Translations under genes and position numbers: made by a program | Notes under the pieces: model-generated | Seen by the model: the letters and a program-made list of their open reading frames with translations, nothing else | What the model was told of the DNA's origin: nothing | Databases searched by the model: none | Source of the DNA: Vicinamibacteria bacterium | GTDB taxonomy: Bacteria > Acidobacteriota > Vicinamibacteria > Marinacidobacterales > Marinacidobacteraceae | Direction: 5' to 3' | Assembly (NCBI GenBank): GCA_963555995.3 | Contig: OY821641.1 | Coordinates: forward strand, 1,440,001-1,504,000 | Length of the DNA stretch: 64,000 nucleotides | Shown: one piece after another, positions 45,668 to 55,960 of the stretch | Position numbering within the stretch: the stretch's first letter is position 1 | Layout of the letters: each line of letters starts with the position of its first letter

Positions 45668-47557
45668 GTGTCGGAAGCCCTTCTCCAGTTGACCGTCTGC
45701 GTCACGGCCCTCGCCCTTGCCGCCTGCGGCGCCCCGGGCGGTGAAGGTCCGGGCAATGCCCGGGTTCCCCTCACGCTCGAGAACATCTACCGGGACGCCC
45801 GGGGCGGAGGGTTCACCGCCGCCATCTCGCCCGACGGCCGCTGGGTGGCGGCGGTCGCCGAGAGCGCCGACGGACGGGGCATCCACCTGCTGGACCTCAC
45901 CGAGGATCCTCCGGTCGCGCGGTTCTGGCTCACCGGCGGCTCGCCGGCCTGGTCGGCGGACAGCCGCCACATCGCGTTCCTCCGCGACGGGAATCTCTTC
46001 CGTGCCCCGGTCGGCGATCCGGACGCCGTCCAGCTCACCGACGGACTTGAAGGCGTCCGCGCTCCGGCCTGGTCGCCCGGCAGCGAGACCGTCGCGGTGA
46101 TGGCGAGCGCGAGCGGCAGCCAGGACGTGTGGCTCGTGCCGGCGGGGGGCGGCGACCCGCGCCAGCTCACCTCGGACGCGATGACCGCCGACGAGGTCCG
46201 CTTCGGCGTCTCCTGGTCGCCGGACGGCGGGACGGTCGCCTACGTCGGGAACAAGGCGGACTACCGCGCCGACGATGTCTGGCTCGCCGACGTCGCGACC
46301 GGCGACGAACGCCGGCTCACCACCTCGATCCGCGCCATCTCCGCGGTCCCGGCGTGGTCTCCCGACGGCGGCCGGGTCGCGGTCCTCGGCGTGAAGAACG
46401 AGGAGTACTGGTATCTCGACATCGCCGATCTCTATCTCCTCGACCCGGCGGGCGGCCCGGAAGAGCCGCTCCCGATGTCGTCGTTCGCCACCGCCTACCG
46501 GTTCCGGCCCTTCTGGTCCGGAGACGGCGCGCGCCTGTTCTTCACCCACCAGGAGCGCGGCGAACACCACCTGTGGTCGGTTCCCGCCGCGGGCGGCGCG
46601 GCGACCCGGGTGACGAACCTGGGCGGGGTGTTCGGAAGCGTCACCGCGAGCGCCGGTGCGGAGCGCTTCGCCTTCGTGCGCTCTTCCGCCACCGAGGGTT
46701 CGGAGCTCTACACGGTTCCCGCGTCCGGCGGGCCGGCGGAGCGGCTGACCCGGCTGGCGCCGGTCTGGGACGGGGTCCAGTCGCCGCGCGAGATCTCCTA
46801 CCGCAGCTTCGACGGCCACTACATCCAGGGGTTCCTCTATCTCCCGCCGGAGGTCGAGGCCGGTGGCGTCTGTCCGGCACTGGTGCAGGTCCACGGCGGC
46901 GGGACGAACTCCTACCTGGCAGGTCCCAACCTGGCCGACCAGTACCTGGCCTCACGGGGCTTCGTGGTGCTCGCCGTGAACTACCGGGGCGGCTCGGGAT
47001 TCGGGCGGGAGTTCCAGGACCTCGGGGACGAGGACTGGCTGAACGAACAGGCCCTTGATCCCGGAGCGGCCGCCGACTGGTTGCGGGAGCAGCCGTACGT
47101 GGGCGGTCGGGTCGGAATCTACGGCTACAGCTACGGGGGAATGCAGAGCATGGCGGCGATCACCCGCACCCCGGACAAGTTCGACGCCGCCGCCCCGATG
47201 GCCGGCATCTACTCCGAGCGGCAGACCTTCGAGCACCAGGACCGGCTCGGCCAGATCTTCACGATCGACGGCCACGGGGGGCTCCCCGAGGAACGCCCCG
47301 AGATCTACGACAAGACCGAGACCATCGCCCGCATCGGCAACATCACCGCGCCGGTGCTGATCCAGCACGGGGACCGCGATGTCCGGGCGCCGTTCCTGAA
47401 CTTCGAACTCGCGGTGGCCGCGTTCGAGGAACACGGAGTCGAGTACGAGGCCCACACCTACCCTGAGGGGCACGGCTTCCGCGACCCCGAGAACCGGATC
47501 GCGCTCTACCGCCGGGTGGAGGAGTTCTTCAGGCGCCAGTTGGGAAGCTGCCGCTGA
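45668..47557 (+). CDS. S9 family peptidase with TolB-like propeller, lipoprotein
   Basis: WSPDG repeats; HGGG, GYSYGG, HGDRD and EGHGF; lipobox LAAC. Confidence 0.9.
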   Translation: MSEALLQLTVCVTALALAACGAPGGEGPGNARVPLTLENIYRDARGGGFTAAISPDGRWVAAVAESADGRGIHLLDLTEDPPVARFWLTGGSPAWSADSRHIAFLRDGNLFRAPVGDPDAVQLTDGLEGVRAPAWSPGSETVAVMASASGSQDVWLVPAGGGDPRQLTSDAMTADEVRFGVSWSPDGGTVAYVGNKADYRADDVWLADVATGDERRLTTSIRAISAVPAWSPDGGRVAVLGVKNEEYWYLDIADLYLLDPAGGPEEPLPMSSFATAYRFRPFWSGDGARLFFTHQERGEHHLWSVPAAGGAATRVTNLGGVFGSVTASAGAERFAFVRSSATEGSELYTVPASGGPAERLTRLAPVWDGVQSPREISYRSFDGHYIQGFLYLPPEVEAGGVCPALVQVHGGGTNSYLAGPNLADQYLASRGFVVLAVNYRGGSGFGREFQDLGDEDWLNEQALDPGAAADWLREQPYVGGRVGIYGYSYGGMQSMAAITRTPDKFDAAAPMAGIYSERQTFEHQDRLGQIFTIDGHGGLPEERPEIYDKTETIARIGNITAPVLIQHGDRDVRAPFLNFELAVAAFEEHGVEYEAHTYPEGHGFRDPENRIALYRRVEEFFRRQLGSCR

Positions 47558-47576
47558 GGGGTGACGCACACGGCTT

Positions 47577-47766
47577 GGAACGCCGACCTCTGGTCGGCAC
47601 GCGGCGCGCAGCGCCGCAAGGCACGTACGACGGACTCGCGTGAAGGGCACGGCAGCGGGCGCCCGGCGGAAAAACTGGTGAGCGTTTCTGCCGTTGCCGG
47701 GAGGCGCCCCCGCGTCACACCGCCGCGGGCCTCCGGCCCGCTGTGCCGACCGGAGGTCGGCGTTCC
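47577..47766. repeat. inverted REP doublet (REPIN-like)
   Basis: GGAACGCCGACCTCTGGTCGGCA and TGCCGACCGGAGGTCGGCGTTCC. Confidence 0.7.
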
Positions 47767-47910
47767 AAGCCGTTCTGCCATTTTCATGACTGGCGGGGTG
47801 CGCAGGAGGACACGCGCATGAACGTTTCTCCCGGTGGAGGGCGCCGCCCGGCCGGGTTTGCCGTGGCTGCCGCCACCTCGGCTGGTGTGGGTGAGCGACC
47901 GGACGTCGGG

Positions 47911-48351
47911 TTACGGGTCTTTCCAGGGATTCACCGTCCGGGCGCCGGTGTTCCGGAAGTCCCGGGTGTTGCGGGTGACGATGGTAAGGCCGCGGCGGAC
48001 CGCAACGGCGGCCAGGAAGGCGTCGGGAAGCTGAGCGTCGAGCGATTCTCCGCGCCTCCGTTTCTCCTCCATGATCCGGGCGCAGACCCGGGCGTCATCT
48101 ACGGTCCAGGGCAGCACCCGGTCTCGATAGGAATCCAGGACGTTTCGGAAACGGGTATCCAGCTCGCTCCGTCGGCGTCCGGCGGGGAGCTTTCGGATGC
48201 CATTGAGAACTTCCCAGACGGAAATCGCGGCGAGGCCTACCTGTTCGTTGGCGATCCGGGAAAGGAATCTGGCGACGCGGCGATCCGTCCGCGGCCGCAT
48301 CAGCTCGGAGGCGACGTTGGTGTCTAGTAGCCAGGAGAGCCGCGACGTCAC
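47911..48351 (-). CDS. vapC: VapC/FitB PIN-domain toxin
   Basis: LLDTNVASE, DAFLAA and VTRNTRDF; GTG overlaps the antitoxin stop. Confidence 0.9.
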   Translation of the reverse strand: MTSRLSWLLDTNVASELMRPRTDRRVARFLSRIANEQVGLAAISVWEVLNGIRKLPAGRRRSELDTRFRNVLDSYRDRVLPWTVDDARVCARIMEEKRRRGESLDAQLPDAFLAAVAVRRGLTIVTRNTRDFRNTGARTVNPWKDP

Positions 48352-48620
48352 TTCTCGTCTTCCAGCGGAAACTCGTCCTCGGGAAACTCCAGCGGCCGGT
48401 AGCCGTACTGGCCGCGGGGAGGCAGTTCGAACCCGTGCTCCGGCCCGAAGCATCGCAGCCAGATGTCGGTCACGCTTTCCTTGCGGGTACTTTCCTCGCG
48501 CTGCCTGCGGATCATCCGGCGCACGAACTCCTCCATGGAAATCCCGGCGTCTTTCGCCTCCGCCTTGAGCCAGATCTTCTCGGCCTCGTTCAGGCCGCGA
48601 ACGGTGATGGCAGAACCCAT
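48348..48620 (-). CDS. FitA-like RHH antitoxin
   Basis: ITVRGL...ISMEEFVRRMI; directly upstream of the PIN toxin. Confidence 0.8.
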   Translation of the reverse strand: MGSAITVRGLNEAEKIWLKAEAKDAGISMEEFVRRMIRRQREESTRKESVTDIWLRCFGPEHGFELPPRGQYGYRPLEFPEDEFPLEDEK

Positions 48621-48649
48621 GGCTGCACCTCCCGGAGGGAAAACGTGAA

Positions 48650-48670
48650 TGCTAGCATGGATTGCTAGCA
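48650..48670. promoter_or_regulatory. toxin-antitoxin operator
   Basis: Two TGCTAGCA palindromes 13 bp apart upstream of the antitoxin. Confidence 0.65.
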
Positions 48671-48769
48671 CACGAATCCCGGTCTGGCCGACGCGGGTTC
48701 CCGCTTCCGTTGGCATCCCCCGCAGTACGATTCCCGTGCATCACGACCGTCCCACCCGAGGAGAATCCG

Positions 48770-50158
48770 TTGACTGAGTCGAACACCAGAATCGAGAAGG
48801 ACACCCTGGGAGCGGTAGCCGTTCCGGCGGAACGGCTCTACGGGGCGCAGACGGAGCGCTCCCGCCAGAACTTCCGGATCTCTGGGGAGCGGATGCCCCG
48901 GGAAATCGTGGCCGCGCTGGCCCTCGTCAAGAAGGCGGCGGCGCTCGTGAACCGGGACCTCGGCCGGCTCGCCGAGGAGAAGGCGGACGCCATCGCCGCC
49001 GCCGCCGACGAGGTGCTGGCCGGGAAGCATCCCGACGAGTTCCCGCTCCTCGTCTGGCAGACCGGGAGCGGCACCCAGTCCAACATGAACATGAACGAGG
49101 TGCTCGCGAACCGCGCCAGCGAGATCCTCGGCGGGCCGCGCGGCGAGGGGCGGCTGATCCACCCCAACGACGACGTGAACCGGGGCCAGTCCTCGAACGA
49201 CGTGTTCCCCACCGCGATGCACGTGGCGGCGGTGCTGGCCCTCGAGGAGCGGGTCCTCCCGGCGGTGCGGGCGCTCGCCGCGGCGCTCGCCGAACGGGCG
49301 GAGGCCTTCCAGTCGGTGGTGAAGATCGGCCGCACCCATCTTCAGGACGCCACCCCGCTCACCCTCGGCCAGGAGTTCTCGGGCTACGCCGCACAACTGG
49401 ACCACGGCGCCGCCCGCATCGAGGCGTCGCTCCCCCACCTCCGCGAGCTGGCGCTCGGGGGCACCGCGGTGGGGACGGGCCTGAACGCGCACCCCGAGAT
49501 GGGGGCGCGGGCGGCGACCTGGCTGAGCCGCCTGACCGGCTGCCGGTTCGTGACCGCGCCCAACAAGTTCGAGGCGCTCGCTTCGAAGGATGCGCTGGTC
49601 GCCGGCCACGGGGCGCTCAAGACCGTGGCGGTGTCGCTCCACAAGATCGCGAACGACATCCGCTGGCTGGCCTCCGGCCCGCGCTCCGGAATCGGGGAGA
49701 TCCGGATCCCGGCGAACGAACCGGGCAGCTCCATCATGCCGGGCAAGGTGAACCCGACCCAGTCCGAGGCGCTCCTGATGGCGACCGCCCAGGTCCTCGG
49801 CAACGACGTGGCCATCGGGGTCGGCGGGGCGGGAGGGAACTTCGAGCTGAACGTGATGAAGCCGCTGATCGCCCACAACTTCGTGGGGAGCGCCCGGCTC
49901 ATCGCGGACAGCTGCGACAGCTTCCGGGAACGCTGCGTGATCGGCATCGAGCCGAACGAGGGCCGCCTCCGCGAGAACCTGGAGCGCTCGCTGATGCTCG
50001 TCACCGCGCTGAACCCGCACATCGGCTACGACAACGCGGCGAAGATCGCCAAGAAGGCCTATGCCGACGGCACCTCGCTCAAGGAAGCGGCGCTCGCGCT
50101 CGGCCTCCTCACCGCCGAGCAGTTCGACGAGTGGGTCCGGCCGGACGCGATGGTCTAA
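48770..50158 (+). CDS. fumC: fumarate hydratase class II
   Basis: [11 protein letters not shown] and [13 protein letters not shown]; TTG after GAGGAG. Confidence 0.95.
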   Translation: MTESNTRIEKDTLGAVAVPAERLYGAQTERSRQNFRISGERMPREIVAALALVKKAAALVNRDLGRLAEEKADAIAAAADEVLAGKHPDEFPLLVWQTGSGTQSNMNMNEVLANRASEILGGPRGEGRLIHPNDDVNRGQSSNDVFPTAMHVAAVLALEERVLPAVRALAAALAERAEAFQSVVKIGRTHLQDATPLTLGQEFSGYAAQLDHGAARIEASLPHLRELALGGTAVGTGLNAHPEMGARAATWLSRLTGCRFVTAPNKFEALASKDALVAGHGALKTVAVSLHKIANDIRWLASGPRSGIGEIRIPANEPGSSIMPGKVNPTQSEALLMATAQVLGNDVAIGVGGAGGNFELNVMKPLIAHNFVGSARLIADSCDSFRERCVIGIEPNEGRLRENLERSLMLVTALNPHIGYDNAAKIAKKAYADGTSLKEAALALGLLTAEQFDEWVRPDAMV

Positions 50159-51126
50159 CCGCTGTTCCGGACCGCCTCGGTCACCGCCGGGATGACCTCC
50201 AGGGCGTCGCCGACGATGCCGACGTCCGCGGCCCCAAAGATGGGGGCGTCCGGGTCCTTGTTGATGGCCACCACGAACCGGGAGCCGCGCATGCCCACGA
50301 GATGCTGGATGGCGCCGGAGATGGCGCAGGCCACGTAGAGCTTCGGCGACACGGTGGCGCCGCTCGAGCCGATCTGGAGTTCGTGGGGGAGCCAGCCGGC
50401 GTCGGTCACGGCGCGGGAAGCGCCGACCACGCCGCCGAGCGCCGCCGCCAGTTCGCGCACCATGTCGAGGTTCTCGGGACCGCCGAGGCCGCGGCCGGCC
50501 GCCACCACCACGTCCGCCGCCGTCAGGTCCACCCCGCCGGCGCCCGAGTCCCGGACCTCGACGAGGCGCGAACGCAGGTCGTTCGGACCCACGGGCGAGG
50601 GAAGGATGCGCACCGAGACCGCCGGACCGGGTTCCCGAGCCGGAAGGGCCCCGCGTTCCACCGTGACCACCGCGGGAAGCCCGGGCGCCACCACTTCCTG
50701 GACGAACTTCCCGAGGAAGGCGGAGCGCCGGGCGACGAGTCCGTCCTCGCGCCAGGAGAGCGCCGACACCGCGGTGGCGGCGGCGGTCCGAAGCCGCGCC
50801 GCGACCAGCGGCGCGACGTCCCAGCCGACCGGGTCGTGGGGCAGGAGAACACACTCGGCGCCGCTCGCCTCCCGGGCGTGCAGGACGGCGGCGGCGGTCC
50901 CGTCCGCGGTCGGGGCCGCGTGCGCCGGCCCTTCCACGAGCAGGAGTTCCGCCGCCGGCAGGACTTCGCGCAGCCCTTCGGCCTCGCTGGCGTCACCGAC
51001 CGGAAGGACGGCGCTCACCCCGTCCGGCCCGGCGGCGAGCCGGGAGGCGGCTTCGATCAGTTCGTAGCTGGCGTCGGTGACGCCGTTCTCGCTCCGCTCC
51101 GCGAGGATCAGGACCCGGCGGCTCAT
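50155..51126 (-). CDS. etfA: electron transfer flavoprotein alpha subunit
   Basis: [17 protein letters not shown] and [11 protein letters not shown]. Confidence 0.9.
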   Translation of the reverse strand: MSRRVLILAERSENGVTDASYELIEAASRLAAGPDGVSAVLPVGDASEAEGLREVLPAAELLLVEGPAHAAPTADGTAAAVLHAREASGAECVLLPHDPVGWDVAPLVAARLRTAAATAVSALSWREDGLVARRSAFLGKFVQEVVAPGLPAVVTVERGALPAREPGPAVSVRILPSPVGPNDLRSRLVEVRDSGAGGVDLTAADVVVAAGRGLGGPENLDMVRELAAALGGVVGASRAVTDAGWLPHELQIGSSGATVSPKLYVACAISGAIQHLVGMRGSRFVVAINKDPDAPIFGAADVGIVGDALEVIPAVTEAVRNSG

Positions 51127-51902
51127 GCCGGGTCTCCGGGAAAGGAGATTCCGGCGCCGGCCCGCATCCGGGGAACGAGCGCCTCCGCCGCCTCCTGCGG
51201 AGAACCCTGGAGGATCTCGGCGCTCGCGCCCCGCTCGGGCCTGCTGAGCGTCAGCCGGCGGAGCCCGGCGCCGTCGGTGGGGGCGGCGAGCTCGACGCGC
51301 TCCACCGGCTTCCGCCGCGAGGCCATGATGCCGCGCAGGCTCGCGTAGCGCGGGGTGTTGACCCCCGTCTGGACGGCCACCACCGCCGGCAGGCGCAGTT
51401 CCACGACGGCGATCCGGCCGCCTTCGAGTTCGCGGTGCACTTCGAGGCGCCCGTTGCGGAAGTGCAGTCCGGTGGCGGCGGAGGCGAACGCGTAGCCGAG
51501 CAGGCCCGCCACCAGCCCTCCCACCTGTCCGTGGCCGCTGTCCTCGGCGAGGAGGCCGGCGAACACCACGCCGGCGTCGAGCCCGGATACGGCATCGGCG
51601 AGCGCCCGCGCCACGAAGAAGGGGTCGGCGAGGTGCGCCCGGTCGGTGACCAGGTGGACCCCGCGGTCCACGCCCATCGCCAGGCAACTGCGCAGCACCT
51701 GGCCCGCGTCGGCCGGGCCGGCGGTGACCGCCACCGTCTCCGCCGCGTGTCCCGCCTCCTTGAGCGCCAGGGCCGCCTCGACGGCGTAACGGTCGTAGTC
51801 GTTGACGCCGTACCCTAGGCTGGACTCGTCAATCCAGTCGCCCGCCGGGCGAAAGGCGGAGTTGCGGTCGGGGACCTGCTTGACGAGGGCGACGGCGTTC
51901 AT
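51123..51902 (-). CDS. etfB: electron transfer flavoprotein beta subunit
   Basis: VKQVPD, LAMGVD and NTPRYASLRGIM. Confidence 0.9.
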   Translation of the reverse strand: MNAVALVKQVPDRNSAFRPAGDWIDESSLGYGVNDYDRYAVEAALALKEAGHAAETVAVTAGPADAGQVLRSCLAMGVDRGVHLVTDRAHLADPFFVARALADAVSGLDAGVVFAGLLAEDSGHGQVGGLVAGLLGYAFASAATGLHFRNGRLEVHRELEGGRIAVVELRLPAVVAVQTGVNTPRYASLRGIMASRRKPVERVELAAPTDGAGLRRLTLSRPERGASAEILQGSPQEAAEALVPRMRAGAGISFPGDPA

Positions 51903-51916
51903 GGAATTCGGGCCGT

Positions 51917-52534
51917 ATGATCGCCGCGCTAGCGTCCGGGGGCAAGGTGAGCGGCAAAGTTCCGAGAGGGTCCTTCGTGGTGGCGGGAATCCTCGCGCTG
52001 GCGACCGGGCTCGGCCTGCTCGCGGTCGCCGGGAAACCGACCGCCGTCCGGCGGCCGGACCCGGTGGACCGGCCGGTCCTGCTGATCCCGGACTTCGACA
52101 ACCGCACCGGCCGGGGCGAGTTCACGCCTCTGGCGCAAGCGCTCACCGAGGCGGTGCGGGCGCGTCTCGAGCGGACCCCGGACGGCATCTTCGAACTCTC
52201 GCCGCGGCGGCTGCGTCCCGCGTTCGGCCCGCGGGAGCGCGAGGAGGGGCTGGTCGGTATCGCCGGCCGGCTGGGCGCGGACTACGTGCTCGCGGGAAGC
52301 CTGGAGTCGGGGCCGGGTGGGGATCTGGACCCCGGGTCCTCGTGGGCCCCTCCGGCGGGCGCCGGAGAGGGTGGCGGTGAAGTCCGTCTGGACGTTCTCC
52401 TGGTCCGGGATTCCGATCCGCCCCACGTGTTCGCGGAGCGGTTCCCGCTGGGCCGGCCGGATCCGGGGCAGGACGCCGAGACCCTGACGGCCTGGGTCGC
52501 CGAACGCATCGCGCTCTCGCTCACCCGGCCCTGA
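51917..52534 (+). CDS. hypothetical membrane-anchored protein (TolB-N/CsgG-like)
   Basis: TM segment, IPDFDNRTG and LGADYVLAGS; start uncertain. Confidence 0.55.
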   Translation: MIAALASGGKVSGKVPRGSFVVAGILALATGLGLLAVAGKPTAVRRPDPVDRPVLLIPDFDNRTGRGEFTPLAQALTEAVRARLERTPDGIFELSPRRLRPAFGPREREEGLVGIAGRLGADYVLAGSLESGPGGDLDPGSSWAPPAGAGEGGGEVRLDVLLVRDSDPPHVFAERFPLGRPDPGQDAETLTAWVAERIALSLTRP

Positions 52535-52550
52535 CCGGCGGCGGGCTCGG

Positions 52551-52748
52551 CTGCCGTGAGAATGCAGTCCCGCCGGTCATGAGAACGGCTTGGAGCGCCG
52601 GCTTCAGCCGGCACCGCGGGCCGAAGGCCCGCGGACGTCTTGCCGCTGTTCGCGATGATGGACTGCGAGCCGAGCGTCATCGGGCAGGTCAGCGTCGTGC
52701 CGTGCGTTGCGCTGTCGCGCAGCGCGTGCCGGCTGAAGCCGGCGCTCC
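52551..52748. repeat. inverted REP doublet
   Basis: REPs at 52592-52613 and 52727-52748; left end AATGCAGTCCC shared with the 33486 element. Confidence 0.7.
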
Positions 52749-52764
52749 AGGCCGGCGGCGCCCC

Positions 52765-54024
52765 TTACCGTAGGCGCACGGTGTCCCAGGAGTCCCAGGC
52801 GGAGGTGTCCGAGAGGATGATCTCGTCGCCTTCGGCGAGCCCGGCCAGCACCTCGATGCGGTTCACGGAGCCCCGGCCGAGTTCCACCGGCACCCGTTCG
52901 GCGGTCTCCCCGTCGGGAGCGATGCGGAAGAGGCCGACGGTGCTCCCCGGCTGGCCGTACGCCGGCCGGCCGATGTGGAGGGTGTCCGGGATGCGGTCCA
53001 GCTCGATCGTGCCGTCCACCGAGAGGTCGGGGCGCGCGCCGCGGGGGAGCTCGCCGGTGATCGCGATGTCCACGGCCACGGTCCCGTCGCGGACCGCCGG
53101 GTCCACCCGGGAGACGACGCCGCCCACGACCCCGTTCCGGGTGTCCACGAGCGCCGGCTGGCCGGGTTCGATGTCGCGCGCCTGCGTCTCGGCGATCCGC
53201 AGCACCGCCTTGAGTTCCCGGGGATCCGCGACCCGCGCGAGGTTCTGCCCGGGATTCACCTCCTGGCCGACCTCGACCGGCACCTCCAGCAGCGTTCCGG
53301 CGCGTCCGGCCCGCACCGTGAGGGCGGCGAGCTGCCGCCGGCGGAGTTCCAGCACCGCCCGGTAGCGCGCGACCGTCGCTTCCTTGGAGGCGACCTGCGC
53401 CTCGCTGGAGTCGGCCAGGATGGAGAGGCGCTCCTCCTCGAGGGCGTGGCGGGTCTCCAGTTCCTCGGCGCTCACCTGGCTCCGGCGGTGGATCAGTTCC
53501 CCGACCAGCCCCGCCTCGAAGAGCTTCCGGTCCGCGTCGGCGCGGCGGCGCGCCCGGGCCGAGGAGGCGGCGAGCTGGCCAGCCGCGTTCCGCTGCTCCA
53601 GCAGGTCGGAACGGGTCTGGTCGAGCAGCCGCCGCAGTTCCGCCTCCTGGGCGCGAAGCTGGAGTTCGGCCTCGCGGGTCTGCTGTTCGAGTTCGGGATT
53701 CGAAAGGACCAGCAGCACGGTGTCCACCTCGACCGGGGTGCCGGGAAGCACGCGGCGTTCCTCGACCCGCCCGCGGGTCTCGGCGGCCAGCCAGCGGATT
53801 TGTTCGGGCGGTACCTGGAGGCTGCCCGGTCCCCGGACCTGCCGGACCAGTTCGCCCCGTTCGACGACGCCCGTCCAGACGACCGAGCGATCCACTTCGG
53901 GCGCGCCGGGAGCGATGCTGCCGAGCAGCAGCAACACCGCCAGCAGCGCGGCGGCGCCCCCGCTGGCGAGGAGCAGCCGCCGGCTACGGCGTTTCCGCTG
54001 CCGGTCGGCGATCTGGAAGTCCAC
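52765..54024 (-). CDS. HlyD/MacA-like periplasmic adaptor subunit
   Basis: TM anchor, VRGPGSL, coiled coil, LRIAETQA and GLAEGDEIILSD. Confidence 0.85.
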   Translation of the reverse strand: MDFQIADRQRKRRSRRLLLASGGAAALLAVLLLLGSIAPGAPEVDRSVVWTGVVERGELVRQVRGPGSLQVPPEQIRWLAAETRGRVEERRVLPGTPVEVDTVLLVLSNPELEQQTREAELQLRAQEAELRRLLDQTRSDLLEQRNAAGQLAASSARARRRADADRKLFEAGLVGELIHRRSQVSAEELETRHALEEERLSILADSSEAQVASKEATVARYRAVLELRRRQLAALTVRAGRAGTLLEVPVEVGQEVNPGQNLARVADPRELKAVLRIAETQARDIEPGQPALVDTRNGVVGGVVSRVDPAVRDGTVAVDIAITGELPRGARPDLSVDGTIELDRIPDTLHIGRPAYGQPGSTVGLFRIAPDGETAERVPVELGRGSVNRIEVLAGLAEGDEIILSDTSAWDSWDTVRLR

Positions 54025-54044
54025 TCGGCCTCCGCGGTTGTCCC

Positions 54045-55919
54045 CTAGTCGAAGAAGAGTCCCGGCAGCGCCAGGGTCAGATACGGGACATAGGTCACCA
54101 GCAGCACCGCGCCGGCCCGGATCAGCAGGAAGGGCACCGACGCGCGATAGACCTCGCCGAGCGGCCGCTTGAACCGGTAGGAGGCGAGGAAGAGGTTCAT
54201 GCCCACCGGCGGCGTCAGGTAGCCGAGCTCGAGGTTCGTGAGGAAGATGACCCCGAGGTGGAGGGGATCAATCCCGAAGGCGAGTCCGAGCGGCGCGACC
54301 AGCGGCACCACGACCACGATGGCCGAGTAGATGTCCATGAGGCAGCCGACGATCAGCAGGAAGATGTTCAGCAGCAGCAGGAAAAAGAGCGGGGAGGCCA
54401 CGAACGACTGCACCCAGTCGATCGCCATCCCCGGGATGTCGGCGAAGATCAGGTAGTTCGTGAGCCCGAGCGCGGCGCCCAGGATGATCAGCACGCCGCC
54501 GATCAGGGTCACCGCGTTGGCCCCGGTGCGGACGAGGTCCGCGAACGTCTTCCCCTCGCGGTGGATCACGAACTCGATGAACAGGGCGTAGAGGACGGTG
54601 ATGGCGGCGGCTTCCACGAGCGTCGCGAAACCCCCGACCATCACGCCGATGACCACGAAGGGGATGGAGGCCTCCCACTTCGCGGTCCAGAGCGCCTCGG
54701 CCGCCTCGCGGACCCGGAAGGACGACGCTTTCCCCGCGAAGCGCCGGGTCACCAGGATGGTGAACCCGGCGACCAGCACGACCTGGAGGGCCGAAGGAAC
54801 GAGTCCGGCCACGAAGAGCCGCGGGATGTCCACCTCGGCGACGATCGCGTAGAGGATGACCGCGACCGAGGGGGGAATCAGGAGGCCGAGCGAACCCGCC
54901 GCGGTCAGGAGCCCGGTTGCGAACTTGGGCCGGTGCCCATCGGCCAGCAGCAGGGGGAACATCAGGCCCCCCATCGCCAGGATGGTGACGCCGCTGCCCC
55001 CGGTGAAACAGGTGAAGAACGCGGACATCACGATCGCTACCACCGCCACCCCGCCCGGCATCCAGCCGAAGACGCCGCGGAAGAGCACCACGAGGCGCTT
55101 GGGAGCGCCGCCCTCCGCGAGGATGTAGCCCGCGAGGGTGAAGAGCGGGATGGTCGGCAGCATGGGCTTCGTGACCATGCTGTAGGCCTCGGCGGGGATC
55201 GCCGAGACCGGGTCCCAGTTGCTCCACAGCAGCACCGCGGCGGCGCCGCCGAGCGCCACGAAGATCGGCGCCCCGAACGCCGCGGCGATCAGGATGAGGG
55301 CGAGGAGCGGCCATTCGATCCCGTTTCCGGTGAGGTCCCACCCGGTGAGTCCCTCGTGGAGCAGCAGGGGAATCGCGAGGCCGAGGATCGCCGTCCAGCG
55401 GCCCCAGCGGGTCGGGACGCGGCGCCAGAGCCGCCAGGCGATCAGCCCGAAGCCGGCCGGCATGACCGCCACGGCGACCCACACCGGGACGCCGAGCGCG
55501 AGTTCCCGGCCGCCCTCCCACTCGGCCCGGGTCAGGATCACACTGGCGTAGGAGAGCGCGACCGACACCACCACCCCGACCGCCCCCGAAAGGGACAGGA
55601 GGCGCGGCCTCCAGACCTCGGAGACCATGCTCGGGCCGGCGCTCAGCGAGAGCAGTTCACCCCGGCGGGACGCCACCGCCGCCCCCAGGAAGGCGACCCA
55701 GAGCGTCAGGTGCTGCACCCACATCGAGGAGCCCGGGATGCCCGTCGGATAGACCGGCCGGATGAGCGCCTCGACGATCGGGAGCGCCGCCATGAGGACG
55801 AGCGCGCCGACGGAGACCGCGTCCTCGAAGACCGCGAGTCGGCTCCGGGGCGGAACGGCGGCCGGTTCCGGGGTCGCGGCGGCCCCCTCCGGGAGAGCCC
55901 CTGCGGCGTCCGGACTCAT
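54045..55919 (-). CDS. TRAP transporter fused small/large permease (DctQM)
   Basis: IPLFTLAG, GSLGLLIPPS and LTPPVGMNLF. Confidence 0.9.
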   Translation of the reverse strand: MSPDAAGALPEGAAATPEPAAVPPRSRLAVFEDAVSVGALVLMAALPIVEALIRPVYPTGIPGSSMWVQHLTLWVAFLGAAVASRRGELLSLSAGPSMVSEVWRPRLLSLSGAVGVVVSVALSYASVILTRAEWEGGRELALGVPVWVAVAVMPAGFGLIAWRLWRRVPTRWGRWTAILGLAIPLLLHEGLTGWDLTGNGIEWPLLALILIAAAFGAPIFVALGGAAAVLLWSNWDPVSAIPAEAYSMVTKPMLPTIPLFTLAGYILAEGGAPKRLVVLFRGVFGWMPGGVAVVAIVMSAFFTCFTGGSGVTILAMGGLMFPLLLADGHRPKFATGLLTAAGSLGLLIPPSVAVILYAIVAEVDIPRLFVAGLVPSALQVVLVAGFTILVTRRFAGKASSFRVREAAEALWTAKWEASIPFVVIGVMVGGFATLVEAAAITVLYALFIEFVIHREGKTFADLVRTGANAVTLIGGVLIILGAALGLTNYLIFADIPGMAIDWVQSFVASPLFFLLLLNIFLLIVGCLMDIYSAIVVVVPLVAPLGLAFGIDPLHLGVIFLTNLELGYLTPPVGMNLFLASYRFKRPLGEVYRASVPFLLIRAGAVLLVTYVPYLTLALPGLFFD

Positions 55920-55960
55920 GGTTCCCCGGGGCGGATTCCGTGGGTCAGCCCGCGGACGGG

